From Octopus sinensis (lineage: Eukaryota), in assembly GCF_006345805.1 (NCBI RefSeq), contig NW_021836305.1, positions 1 to 64,000 on the forward strand: a DNA stretch of 64,000 nt, in the 5' to 3' direction. Positions 25,870 to 38,151 of this stretch are shown piece after piece; the stretch's first letter is position 1, and each line of letters begins with the position of its first letter. The position numbers and the translations under genes are program-made. The notes under the pieces were generated by a model, which was not told the origin of the DNA, did not search any database, and saw nothing but the letters and a program-made list of their open reading frames with translations.

Positions 25870-27540
25870 TCATCATCATCATCATCATCATCATTTAACG
25901 TCCGCTTTCCATGCTAGCATGGATTGGACGGTTCAACTGGGATCTGGGAAGCCAGAAGGCTTCACCAGGGCCAGTCTGATCTGGCAGTGTTTCTATGGCT
26001 GGATGCCCTTCCTAACGCCAACCACTCCATGAGTGTAGTTGGTGCTTTTTATGTGCCACTGACACAGGTGCCAGACAAGGCTGGCAACAGCCATAATCGG
26101 ATGGTGCTTTTTACGTGCCACCGGCATGGCGGCCAGATTAGGTGGCGCTGGCAACGGTCACGTTCAGATGGTTCTCTTACGTGCCACCGACACTGGTATC
26201 ACAACTACAGTTTCCATTGATGTTGATCGATTTCGATTTTCACTTGCCTCAACAGGTCTTCACAAGTAGAGTTTTGTGTCCCAAGAAGGAAAGGTATGCA
26301 TAAGTGGACTGGCTACATCCCAGGTAGAGGCCACGGGTTATGGTCTCACTTGTCCTGCCGGGTCTTCTCATGCACAGCATACTTCCAAAGTTCTCGGTTA
26401 CTAGTCATTTCCTTGGTGAGACCCAATGTTCGAAGGTCGTGCTTCACCACCTCATCCCAGGTTTTCCTGGGTCTACCTTTCCACAGGTTCCCTCAACCTC
26501 TAGGATGTGGCACTTTTTCCCACAACTATCTTCAGCCATTCTCGTCACATGACCATACCAGCGCAAACGTCTCTTTTGCACACCACAACTGAGGCTTCTT
26601 AGGTTCAACTTTTCTCTCAAGGTACTTACACTCTGTCGAGTATGAACACTGACATTACACATCCATCGGAGCATACTGGCTTCATTTCTTGTGAGCTTAC
26701 GCATATCCTCAGCAGTCACGGCTCATGTTTCACTGCCATGTAGCATGGCTGTTCGTACACATGCATCATACAGTCTGCCTTTTACTCTGAGCGAGAGGCC
26801 TTTTGTCACCAGCAGAGGTAAGAGCTTTCTGAACTTTGCCCAGGCTATTCTTACTCTAGCAGTTACACTTTCAGCAAACCTGCCCCCGCTACTGACTTGG
26901 TCACCTAGGTAACGGAAGCTATCAAGTATTTCTAGTTTTTCTCCCTGGAATGTGGTGGAAGTTGGTCTCTGTGCATTTTCAGTGTTTATTGCTCCTGAGC
27001 ATCTGCCACATACAAAAACTATCTTCCCAGTTAGCCTTCCTTTGACATTGCTGTACCTCTTATGTGTCCATAGCTTACACTTTGTGTATCTTATAGAGTT
27101 TCTACCTACGCCTTTTCTACAGATTGAGCAGGGCATCAACCTGAAGGTGTTTGTGATTTGTCTACCTTCCTACTTATTAGGACTTTGGTTTTAGTTAGGT
27201 TGACTCTAAGGCCCTTCGATTCTAATACTTGCTTCTACACCTGAAACTTCTCCTCCAGCAATTAGAGCAAGGTCATCAGCATAGAGGAGCTCCCAGGGGC
27301 ATCCTGTCTTGAATTCCTCCGTTATTGCCTGGAGGACTATGATAAATAGGGGGATTGAGGACTGAACCTTGGTGGACCCCTACCTCTACCTAGAATTCTT
27401 CACTGTACTCGTTGCCAACCCTCACCTTACTAACAGCGTCCCTGTACATGGCTTGCACAGCTCTCATTAACCATTCATCTATCCCTAGTTTCCTCATTGA
27501 TCACCAGATAAGGGATCGGGGGACCCTGTCAAAGGCTTCC
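25870..27540 (-). mobile_element. RTE-clade LINE, 5'-truncated
   Basis: PWELLYADDL near 27270-27300, Cys-rich insert and YLG...RIAWAKF (26723-27139), RRLRWYGHV (26444-26719), 3' UTR and (GAT)n tail. Confidence 0.9.
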
Positions 27541-27935
27541 ATCATCATCATCATTGCTTAGCATCTATCTTCAAAATATGTAAATTTTGGAGACTAATGG
27601 GTCAATTAGTGTGTTAAGTAAAACACATTCATAGTTTAGTGTCATCCATGGTTGGAGTATGTTTCCACTGGAATTCCGCAGTGTTAGTTGAGATAATAAT
27701 AATTAATGAAGGAAAGAGAAGATAGACTTAGCACTAGTCTTTATTCAGTACAACAATCATTTCAACGCATCCTGCAACTGTCTATTATAGGTAGAATTTT
27801 GTGCATGTAGCTGTGCTGCATCAATCTGCACAGTTTGTGTCACATCAGGTACATACATAAAGAAGCGGGTGTCTCATTAGATATACTGAGATGTCCTAGG
27901 CATATTGCTCATGCCTGCTGTATTTTGGTTATATA

Positions 27936-28180
27936 TATGAGGTGAAGTCAGAAATTATCAACATATCTTTATTATTGTGACACTGCCTTCTGCACATGCA
28001 TGCTTATAGTTGGTCATGTGATCGAAGTTTGAGCCTGATTGTGCCATTTTTCTTTCTGGCTTTACAGTTTAAATGTGGCCACTCCACTAGCAATGTGCAC
28101 CAAAGAAGAACAAAAAGCAGTGATCCAATTTCTCTGGAAAAGGAGTGTACGATCAACAGTGGAAGATACAGTGCTTTGCT
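27936..28180 (+). mobile_element. mariner 5'-end remnant
   Basis: TA-TGAGGTGAAGTCAGAAATTATC start and decayed transposase N-terminus. Confidence 0.45.
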
Positions 28181-28184
28181 GGCT

Positions 28185-29548
28185 AACAAACTGAATGGAA
28201 GCAAGGTCTAGAATCAAAGGGCCTTAGAGTTAGCCTAGAAAAAACCAAAGCCTTAGTAAGTAGGAAGGCAGAAAAACCACAAATTCCTTCAAGTAGATGG
28301 CCCTGCACAATCTGTAGAAAAGGTGTAGGTAGAAACTCCATAAGATGCACCCATAAAAGGTGAAGTAATATCAGAGGAAGGTTAACAGGGAAACTAACTT
28401 TTGTATGTGGAAGGTGCACAGGTACAATAAATGCCAAAAATGTGTAGAAAATATACTCTGTCAACTGCCAGTGGGGCAAGCTAGAGGTAGTAGATAGCTT
28501 CTGTTATCTAGGTGACCAAGTTAGTAGTGAAAGTGGATGCTCCGAGAGCATAGCCGTGAGAATAAGATTAGGCTGGGCAAAGTTCAGAGAGCTCTAACCT
28601 CTGCTGGAAACAAAGGGCTTCCCTTTCAGAGTGAAAGGCAAATTGTTTGATCTCTGTGTGTGAACTGCTATGCAGCATAGCAGTGAAACATGGACTATAA
28701 CAGCTGTGGGGATGCGTAGGCTTTACTGGATGTGCAATGTCAGTGTGCATGTTCTATAGAGTGTAAGCATCTTGAGAGAAAATTTAGGCATAAGAAGCAT
28801 CAGATGTGGTGTGCAAGAGAGATAACTGTGCTGGTATGGTCATGTGATGTGTATGGATGAGAACAGCTGTGAAGAGAAGTGCTGATCTCTAACTTTGGAG
28901 GGAACCTGTGGTAGAGGTAGACCCAGGAAGACATGAGACGAGGTAGTGACACATGATCTTTGAACTTTGAGCTTCACAGGTGCAATGAGTAGTGACTGAG
29001 ACCTTTGGTGATGTGCTGTGCTTGAGAGGACCTGTCAAGCTAAGTGCACCCATGCTGGTGGCATGCAAAGAACATCTTTTGAATGTTGGGCCTTACAGAA
29101 GCAAAGTGGCTGAGTTCCTTTTGAGTGTTGGGCTCACGGAGGCAAGCTAGCTGAGTTCCTTTCGAGTGTTGGGCCTAACGGAGGCAAAGTGGCTGAGTTC
29201 CTTTTGAGTGTTGGGCCTTAGGGAGGCAATGACTTAGACCTTTGGCATTATGTCATGCTTGAGAAGAAGACCCATCAAGACGAGCAAAATTACAGTTGTG
29301 GAAGATACTGGTGTCACACAAATTGGCACCCGTGTCAGTGGTGCATAAACGCACCCTGGTATCATGCAAATGGAGTGGTTCGTGTTAGGAAGGGCATCCA
29401 GCTATAGAAAACCATCCAGCCGTAAAAGAACCATTCAGCTGTAGAAAACCACATCAGGCTGGAGTCTGGCGTAGCCTTCCAGCATGCCAGCCCAGTCAGA
29501 CTGTACAACCCATGCCAGCATGGACAACGGACGTTAAATGATGATGAT
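28185..29548 (+). mobile_element. RTE-clade LINE, 5'-truncated, decayed
   Basis: Same family as 25870-27540 in the opposite orientation; contains a 42-bp tandem repeat (x~3.5) at 29085-29240; ends in (GAT)n. Confidence 0.85.
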
Positions 29549-30119
29549 CTGAAGGTTCATGGCCTAGTAGTTAGGATTTTAAGCTATTGATCATAGGTTG
29601 TTGGTTCAATTTCTAGGCCAAGTAACATGTTATTATACCCTTGAGCAATGCATTTCATTTCATGTTGCTCCAGTGCCTACTGTGTGTTGGTATAGCCCGC
29701 CATCTCTGTGGCGGTCACCGCTTCTTTGATCCAATGAATTTAAAGAAGAATGTGCTGAGAATGTCTGTGTCTGCTGTTATGATTGTGCAGTTGTCACAAA
29801 CAATTAGTGAAAGAATCATACAAGTTATTAGGTCATAATCACTTGTGTGGAAAGCCTATGGTTATTATATATATAATATATGTGTGTTTATGTGTGTATG
29901 TATGTATACATAAATATATGTACATATATATATGTGTGTGAGTGTCTGATTGTGTGCATTTGTGAAAGACATATGACACAACACTAAGATGTATATAACT
30001 GATTTTCTTTACACGTCATATATATCCATAAAAGCTTGGTATCAGCTGTCTTGATCAGGAAATGCTAAGCACTGTGTATGTATGGCTGGATGATGTGGTT
30101 GCATGTGTGTGCTAATGTA

Positions 30120-30518
30120 CGTTCGTGGCTGTTGCCAGCCTCGCCTGGCCCCCGTGCAAAAAGCACCATCCATTCATGGCCGTGGCCAGCGCCGCCCCGA
30201 CTGGCCTCCGTGCCGGTGGCACGTAAAAGCACCATCCGTTCGTGTCCGTTGCCAGCCTCGCCTGGCCCCTGTGCCGGTGGCACATAAAAGCACCATCCGT
30301 TCGTGGCCGTTTGCCAGCTCCGTCTGGCACCTGTGTGGGTGGCACGTAAAAAGCACCCACTATACTCGCGGAGTGGTTGGCATTAGGAAGGGCATCCAGC
30401 CGTAGAAACACTGCCAGATCAGACTGGGCCTGATCCAGCCTTCTGGCTTCCCAGACCCCAGTTGAACCATCCAACCCATGCTAGCATGGAAAGCGGATGC
30501 TAAATGATGATGATGATA
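30120..30518 (+). mobile_element. RTE 3'-UTR repeat with ~58-bp internal tandem units
   Basis: About four copies of gccagcctcgcctggcccc-gtgccggtggcacgtaaaagcaccatcc, then the family tail. Confidence 0.75.
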
Positions 30519-30569
30519 TATGCATTACAATATCAGTAAAAATCACCACCACCTCCAACATCACCTCTA

Positions 30570-31230
30570 CCATCATCATCATCATCATCATCATCATTTC
30601 TATGTCCAAGTTTCCCTGCTTGCATTAGTTGGACATGTTGCCTCTTGCAAAACGTTTCTTTGTTAGCTATTGTCCCTTGTTGTCAACTCCCACATGAGAT
30701 CAGCTTTCACCACTTTCACCCATATCTTCTTCGGCAATCTTCTTCTGTAGGTTCCTTCCATCCGGATTTCTTGGCCCTTCTTTACCCAGTTGTCATCTTC
30801 CACATGCGTCACATGTCTGTACCAGTAGAGTCTCCTTTCTTGCACTTAACATTGGATTCCTCATACACCAAGTCTTTTTCTCAGCTCGTTTCTGCTCTGT
30901 CATTCACGCACACTAACATTACACATTCTGCAGAGCATGGTTTCCTTATTTCTTTCCATCTTTCATGTATCTTCTGCATATAATGCCATTCTTTCATTCC
31001 TATGTAACATTGCACTTTATGCATAAACATTATACAGTCTATCATAAAATGGAAAGAGAAACCTCTTGTTGCCTGCTGTGCTAATAGCTCTCTGAACTTT
31101 GCCCACCACGGTTACTATATTTTCAGGACACTCAGCCCCTCTGTTAATAAGTCATCTTAATTATCAGCTAGAGTCACCAAATACAGCTGTTTGAGCATTT
31201 GGAAGACATTTTCCCACTGGTGATCTAACT
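30570..31230 (-). mobile_element. RTE LINE remnant
   Basis: Minus ORF 30663-30845 MQERRLYWYRHV...GTYRRRLPKKIW resembles the RTE C-terminus. Confidence 0.6.
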
Positions 31231-31249
31231 GTTAATTACTCCTGTATTC

Positions 31250-31692
31250 TTTGTAAGCCTAGCACTCATTCTATCGATCTCTTTTGCCAAACTGCTAAGT
31301 TACAGGGATGTAAACACACCAGCATCAGTTGTCAAGCGATGTTGGGGGGACAGACACAGACACACAAACACAAACACACATATAGACATGTACATATATA
31401 TGACGGGCTTCTTTCAGTTTCCATCTACCAAATCCACTCACAAGGCTTTGGTCGGCCTAAGGCTATAGCAGAAGACACTTACCCAAGATGCCACGCAGTG
31501 GAACTGAACCCGGAACCAAGTGGTTGATAAGCAAGCTACTTACCACACAGCCACTCCTACGCCTATAAATTTTGGGAAAAAAGTGCAGATTATACTCGAG
31601 GATTTACAGTAAACAGATATATGGGAAAGGAAACTGTCGATGGAGGTAGAGTAACATGTGTATGTTTGCCTGTGTGTTTGTGTGTATGGATG

Positions 31693-31723
<31 letters not shown>

Positions 31724-32000
31724 TGTGAAGTGTGTGTGTGTGAGTATTCAGAAAAAAAGAATGCCAAGGAACAAAAAGAGCAAAGGAAGTTAGTCAGAAA
31801 ATATGAGTATGAGTATGGATAAATAAGTGGCTGTGAGGTATGTAGCTTGCTTACCAACCACATGGTTCCGGGTTCAGTCCCACGGCGTGGCACCTTGGGC
31901 AAGTGTCTTCTACTATAGCCTCGGACCGACCAAAGCCTTGTGAGTGGATTTGGTAGAGGGAAACTGAAAGAAGCCCATCGTATATATGTATGTGTGTGTG

Positions 32001-32033
<33 letters not shown>

Positions 32034-32215
32034 TCGCCCCAACATCGTATGACAACTGATGCTGGTGTGTTTATGTCCCCGTAACTTAGCGGTTCGGCAA
32101 AAGAGACCGATAGAATAAGTACTAGGGGTAAAAGGAACAAGTCCTGAGGTTGATTTGCTCGACTAAAGGTGTTGCTCCAGCATGGCCACGGTCAAATGAT
32201 TGAAACAATTAAAAC
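31250..32215. mobile_element. Two family-A SINEs head-to-head (31250-31562 minus; 31830-32215 plus)
   Basis: The two copies are mutual reverse complements, ~270 bp apart. Confidence 0.75.
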
Positions 32216-32509
32216 AATGATAAATAAATAAATAAATAAATAAATAGATGAATATAATAAATAAATAAATAAATAAATAGATTAATATAATAATTATAAA
32301 TATGACTTGTAAGGCAGAGACAAAACAATAAAAATACTGAACACAGGCAAAATGGTAGATGTGAAAAAAAAAAAAAGAAGCAGTTACAAAATCAAAAAAG
32401 AAATATGTAAATGAAGACAGGAAAAATTTTTTTTAATAAAAAAGGAAAAAAAACAGAAACCAAAAAATAAAGAAGAACAAAAGTGGAGGGGGGAGCAAAA
32501 AAGGAGATG

Positions 32510-34125
32510 ATTGTTGTCTTGAGAACAGGTTTATGTGTAACTCAGTCTCTCTCACACCGGACACTATATCTACTAGGAAATTTACACCAGCAATGCTACA
32601 ATGCCACCTTAAGAATGAACGCAACTATGCCTCTCCTGGTCTTGACAGTGTTACATACCTACTTCTCAAACGCGGTGGGTACTTTCTTCTAAACCAACTT
32701 TCACTATTCTTCCAATTCTGTCTTGACAATGATGTTACTCCAGAGCAGTGGAAAACTGCCAGTGTTATCCCTCTGTTCAAAAAGCGTGACCGCACATTGC
32801 CTGTCAACTATCGCCCCATTAGTCTTACTACCTGCATTGCCAAACTGATGGAATCCTATGTCAAGGAAACCCTCTGGAACTTCTGGAAGTCTCACAGCCT
32901 CATCCAGCCGTCACAATTTGGATTTATTCCTAACTCCAGCTGCTGTAATCAACTCATCGAGTTTCTTGAGGACATTACCCAAATCACTGATCGCGGATCC
33001 TGGGTGGATGTTGTTTACCTGGACTTTGCTAAGCCTTTTAACTCTGTGCCACACAAATGACTTATGGTGAAACTCTCTGCGTTGGGTGTAAGAGACGATC
33101 TCTATAACTGGTAGAAGTCCTTTATCGGCCAAAAAGAGGTTGTCACAGTTCTAGGACAGCACTCTTCACCCTATGAGATGACATCTGGTGTACCACAGGG
33201 ATCTGTTCTTGGCCCCCTTTTATTTGTTGCATATGTTAATGACATAGATGCCAACTTAAAGAATGCCACAGTGCTGAAATCTGCAGATGACATCAAGCTG
33301 TACCTCGAAATAAAGAGGTCAGATCCTGAACACTATAGATCTCTATTGCAATCAGACCTGGACACAATGCAGCAGTGGATCATGGACTGGCAACTCAAGC
33401 TGGCTGTGGACAAATGTACCACCATGCATTTTGGGAGGAAAAACCCAGCGTCTACTTACTCCCTTCACAACACTAATCTCAAAAAGTCTTCGTGTGAACG
33501 TGACCTGGGCGTTATTGTCGACAGCGATTTGCATTGGACAAAACACATTGCTAAAATTGCCAAGAAGGCTTGAGAGTGTCTTGGCATCACTCACCAAGTC
33601 CTTTGTGAGCCACTCTCCGGCTATCTATCAGTGGCTTTATATAGCTATGGTGCGACCTCACCTGGAATTTGCATCACCGGTCTGGAACCCCTATCTTGCC
33701 AAGGATATTTGCCATATTCTGAACGCCTTACTTCCCTGGGCATGGACACATTGAAACGCCGACGTCTGGCAGCTGACTTGGCAGACACCCATAACATTTT
33801 TAACCATCTTACAAACCATAACTCTGAGCACCTTTTCAAACTCCACCTGTTAAACACCCATGGACATGTTTACAAAGTCAGAAAACAGCACAGCTCCCAT
33901 GACTTTCGGAAACATTTTTTCATGCTAAGAGTTGCTGAAGCATGGAACAAACTGCCAGCATTAGTTGTTAGTTGTCAGAGCACTGCATCCTTCAAAACTT
34001 CCATGCTTCCTGAGATTCGCCAACACTACACCTGATTTTCTCCCCTCCATACACACGCAAGCATGTATCTGACTCATACACTGTTCGCTTTCCAGACATT
34101 TGTACATTACTGTATGTAATTGGTA
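32510..34125 (+). mobile_element. CR1-like LINE (RT domain to 3' UTR), pseudogenised
   Basis: ORF pieces 32533-33060 (NYRPISLT, VVYLDFAKPF), 33178-33573 (GVPQGSVLGPLLF, SADD) and 33631-34035; stops and frameshifts present. Confidence 0.93.
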
Positions 34126-34504
34126 TGCACAACAGAGAAAGCGGGTGAGTGGGAGGTAGGGTGTGTCTGATTTAAATATCAGGCTGACTGCATATTTTAC
34201 CTGTGTGTAGTTGGATATTATTTTGATGTTGAACGGATATTTTGTGTGTCCTCTGTAGAAAAAGAGGTAGGTAAAGATATCTTTTTGGTTGGGATGGTGG
34301 TGTTCATAGGGTTATGATACCCGGATGCTATTATATATATATATATATACACACACTTGTACATTTATGCAATATGTATGTATGCGTATGTCTATCCTTC
34401 TGTCTCTCAATATGTTCATACTGTTGCATGTTAGGCATGTATCTACATATATCTTTATATACATATATATATATATGTATGTATATATATAATATATATG
34501 TATA

Positions 34505-34538
<34 letters not shown>

Positions 34539-34564
34539 GTATGTATATATATAATATATATATA

Positions 34565-34701
34565 TATGTGACCATGTAGAAGCTCCATTTTTATTTTTAC
34601 ACATGTGTGTGTAATAGTTTGTCAGTATGCATGTATGCATGTATTTGTGTTGCTGTTTATGTGTGTGTGTCTGTGTGTGTGCATGTGTGTGAGTGTGTGA
34701 G

Positions 34702-34750
<49 letters not shown>

Positions 34751-34752
34751 AG

Positions 34753-34830
<78 letters not shown>

Positions 34831-34966
34831 CTCACCACACTCACACATGCACACACACAGACACACACACATAAACAGCAACACAAATACATGCATACAT
34901 GCATACTGACAAACTATTGCACACACATGTGTAAAAATAAAAATGGAGCTTCTACATGGTCACATA
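34565..34966. repeat. ~140-bp-arm palindrome around (TA)n, present only in duplication copy 1
   Basis: 34565-34708 is the reverse complement of 34824-34966; copy 2 (~51590-51742) has only the right arm. Confidence 0.85.
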
Positions 34967-36400
34967 ATGTGTTAAAAAATGCAGCCAAACCTCCCTCTAA
35001 CGTTGTCCTAGATACGTTATTCCTGAGAGCAACTCTTTCAATTACAGATCTAATCAATCAGTACTGACCTAGGGTTGTACAATAACAGATACGCTCAGAT
35101 ATGGGAGTAGATGGACCCTGAACAAAAGTACCCTATGATAGTGTTCTGCATGTTAAATACTTTTCCAGCCGTGTCTCTCACACAAGTGTAAAATAGAGAG
35201 TAAGAAAAACTTTGAATAAGTAAGATAATCACTCACTTTTTCTCTCTACCTAATGTCAAAGATATGTAGTACATTTCTGTTATAATCTGAGTCCAGACTA
35301 AAAATTTTCGGTTCATCTTTGGTGTTACAAGAAGTTTGTTGGTCTCTCGGTCAACTGTACCCCACAATAATCAAGAGAATTGCAGAGTTAGGTGATCAGA
35401 TGTTAGGGGTGACGTGGTTCCAGAAATTGTCCGACAGTGTGTGTATATGTTTGTGTGTCTGTGTTTGTCCCCCCAACATCACTTCACAACTGATGCTGGT
35501 GTGTTTAGGTCTCCGTAACTTAGCGGGTCAGCATAAGAGACCGATAGAATAAGTACTAGGCTTACAAAGAATAAGTCCTGGGGTCAATTGCTTGACTAAA
35601 GGCGGTGCTCCAGTATGGCCACAGTCAAATGACTGAAACAAGTAAAAGAGAGTAAAGAGTATACACACATATATACATAGATGGTTGTATGTGAGTGTGT
35701 GTCTGTGTGTCTTTGTGTTTGTTTCCCTCCTTGTTCAGCATAACAAGTGAGGCAATTTCTTTGACTAAACCCTTCAAGGCAGTGTCCAAGTAAGGCTGTT
35801 GTCCGATGACTGGAGCAAGTAACAAGTTAAAAAATACAAGATCCATCGATATAATTGCATTCTCTTTATTAGTGTCTTTAATTGCCAATCCATTATAATT
35901 TTTCAAACCAGTTATGCTGATGCTGATAGCATGTAAAAAGCATCCAGTCAACCTGTATACTCTGTAAAGTGGCTGGCATTAGGAAGGGCATCAAGCTGTG
36001 GAAACCAAACCAAAACAGACTATGAAAGCTGGTGTGGCCCCTGGCCTTGCAAGCTCCTGTCAAGCCGTCCAACCCATGCCAGCTTGGAAAATGGAATTCA
36101 AATGATGATGATGCTGATGATGCTGATGATGATGATGATGATGATGGTGATGATGATTCAGTCGTTTTGAAGTTTGACTTCATCTATCTTTATCAGTTTC
36201 ATCTCGAGAGCTACGGCCATGCTGGGGCACTGCCATTAATTCTTTGTTTTTGTATAGTATTATATGATAAATTCAAACCTTGTATTCCTATCCACTGATG
36301 AAAAATAGTTGCTTTTGTTTCTGACAAACTAGTAATCATTATTTACATTATTTACATTATTTACATTTGACGGATATTTGTCCTCATCTTGTTTGTTGTT

Positions 36401-36446
36401 AACACAACATTTCGGCTGATATACCCTCCAGCCTTCATCAGGTGTT
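36401..36446 (-). ncRNA. Minimal type-I hammerhead-ribozyme motif in a Penelope-like LTR fragment
   Basis: Minus strand AACAC-CTGATGA-A-GGCTG(10 nt)CAGCC-GAAA-T-GTT-GTGTT: stem I, core, stem II, GAAA, GUU triplet. Confidence 0.65.
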
Positions 36447-36720
36447 TTGGGGAAATGTCGACCCTGGGTTCTCATTCATAAGGGTTTTTTTGAAAGCTTA
36501 GTAAACTAGTAATCATTATTATTCTTTCCAAATTATTCTACAAGTTGTCATTTTCTACAAAGTTCTAAAGCCTTATCTTTAATTTCATTCTAATAAGATT
36601 GCCAAAAAGGTATTCACTTATTCTTTTATTCATTTAAACACACCAGCATCAGTTGTCAGCGATGTTGGGTGGGGTGGGGAAACAAAGACACACAAACATA
36701 TACACACACATACACACACA

Positions 36721-36806
<86 letters not shown>

Positions 36807-37191
36807 TACGGGGCTTCTCTCAGCTTCTGTCTACGAAATCCACTCACAAGGCTTTGGTTGGTCCAAGGCTATAGTAGAAGACACTTGCCCAAACTGCCAC
36901 GCAGTGGGACTGAACCCAGAACCATGTGGTTGGTAAGCAACCTACTTACCACACAGCCACTCCTACACCTCTGTGATAATATATTAGGAATGACAGATGT
37001 GTTGATTGGATTCTTGCTGTTCTGCTTGCACTCCATGAAGTATACTTAATTTTATTATATAAAATGATATGTTCCCTAAAATAAGGAATTCTTTCATCTG
37101 TATGTAGTAAGGAGGCCCTATTGGAGTGGGGGATAACCTCTTAATAGAGAATTTCAGGGAAAGTTGGTCAAAACAATCATCATCCTCATCA

Positions 37192-37222
<31 letters not shown>

Positions 37223-38038
37223 CTGTCTGTTTGCCATGTTGGTATGGGTTGGATGGCTTGATAGTAACTGGTAAGCCAAAGGGCTGCACCAGGTTCCGTA
37301 GCCTGTTTTGGCTTGAATTTTAAAACTGGATGCCCTTCATAATGTCAACCCAGCTTTTTATGTACTGGATGCTTTTCATGTAGCACCATCACCAATGTTT
37401 TTTTTTTAAGTGGCACCAGCACCCCAACCAATGCTTTTTACATGGCACCCTGGTTTTAGGATGGAAATTCTTAAACCTCATTTATGATATATAATGGACT
37501 TAACATCGAGAAACCTAAAGAGAGGAAGCATTACACATTTGTACAGCAAAACAATTGAAGAAGCTTTTTCAACTTTTAATATATGACTTGTAGTTCTTTC
37601 AAGGAGTATTTTTTGAAGCATCCTATGACTTTTCTTATATATACATTGTTACTTGATACTTTTGTATGTGTAGCAGATCAAAAGTGGAGAGGGATTACAG
37701 GTAATTAGATCGGGAGAGTAGCAGAATGTTTTGATTCCATAGACACAGTTTTCAGTGCATTAGGTACATAAACCACACACACGCATACACATGGTTGTTG
37801 TTAATAAAAAGAACAAGTAATTGAAGACCAGTGATGTGAAAAATCACTACAATTCAATGTGTGACCTGAAGAAAATTGACCTGCTATTTCTAGCAGACTA
37901 AGTAACCACACACAATCTATTTTCTTAGTGGAGGGAAATAAAAACATGTCACAGGAAAAATAGTGAAAGTATAATATTTTATGTTTATGTATTTGTTTTG
38001 CAAGACTCTTGATGGGAAATCATGTGTTGAAACAGATA

Positions 38039-38151
38039 CAAGATCTGATTAATAAGTATACGGACTGTTGCCATAGTAACGAAACTAAAGAGTAAAGATG
38101 TTTGGCAAAGATTGAGCTTGTACTCTGCTGTGCATGCACACTAAGTTTTAA
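38039..38151 (+). mobile_element. mariner 5' end truncated by the rDNA junction
   Basis: Identical to 54755-54867, where the element continues uninterrupted into transposase sequence. Confidence 0.7.

Larger units (their letters stand above)
33397..38151 (+). repeat. Segmental direct duplication, copy 1 (left flank of rDNA insert)
   Basis: Colinear with 50339-54867 from AAGCTGGCTGTGG to CACTAAGTTTTAA. Confidence 0.95.

Noticed and set aside
29085-29240. 42-bp regularly spaced repeats as a CRISPR array
   Set aside because: Head-to-tail tandem units with no variable spacer, inside an RTE 3' UTR.
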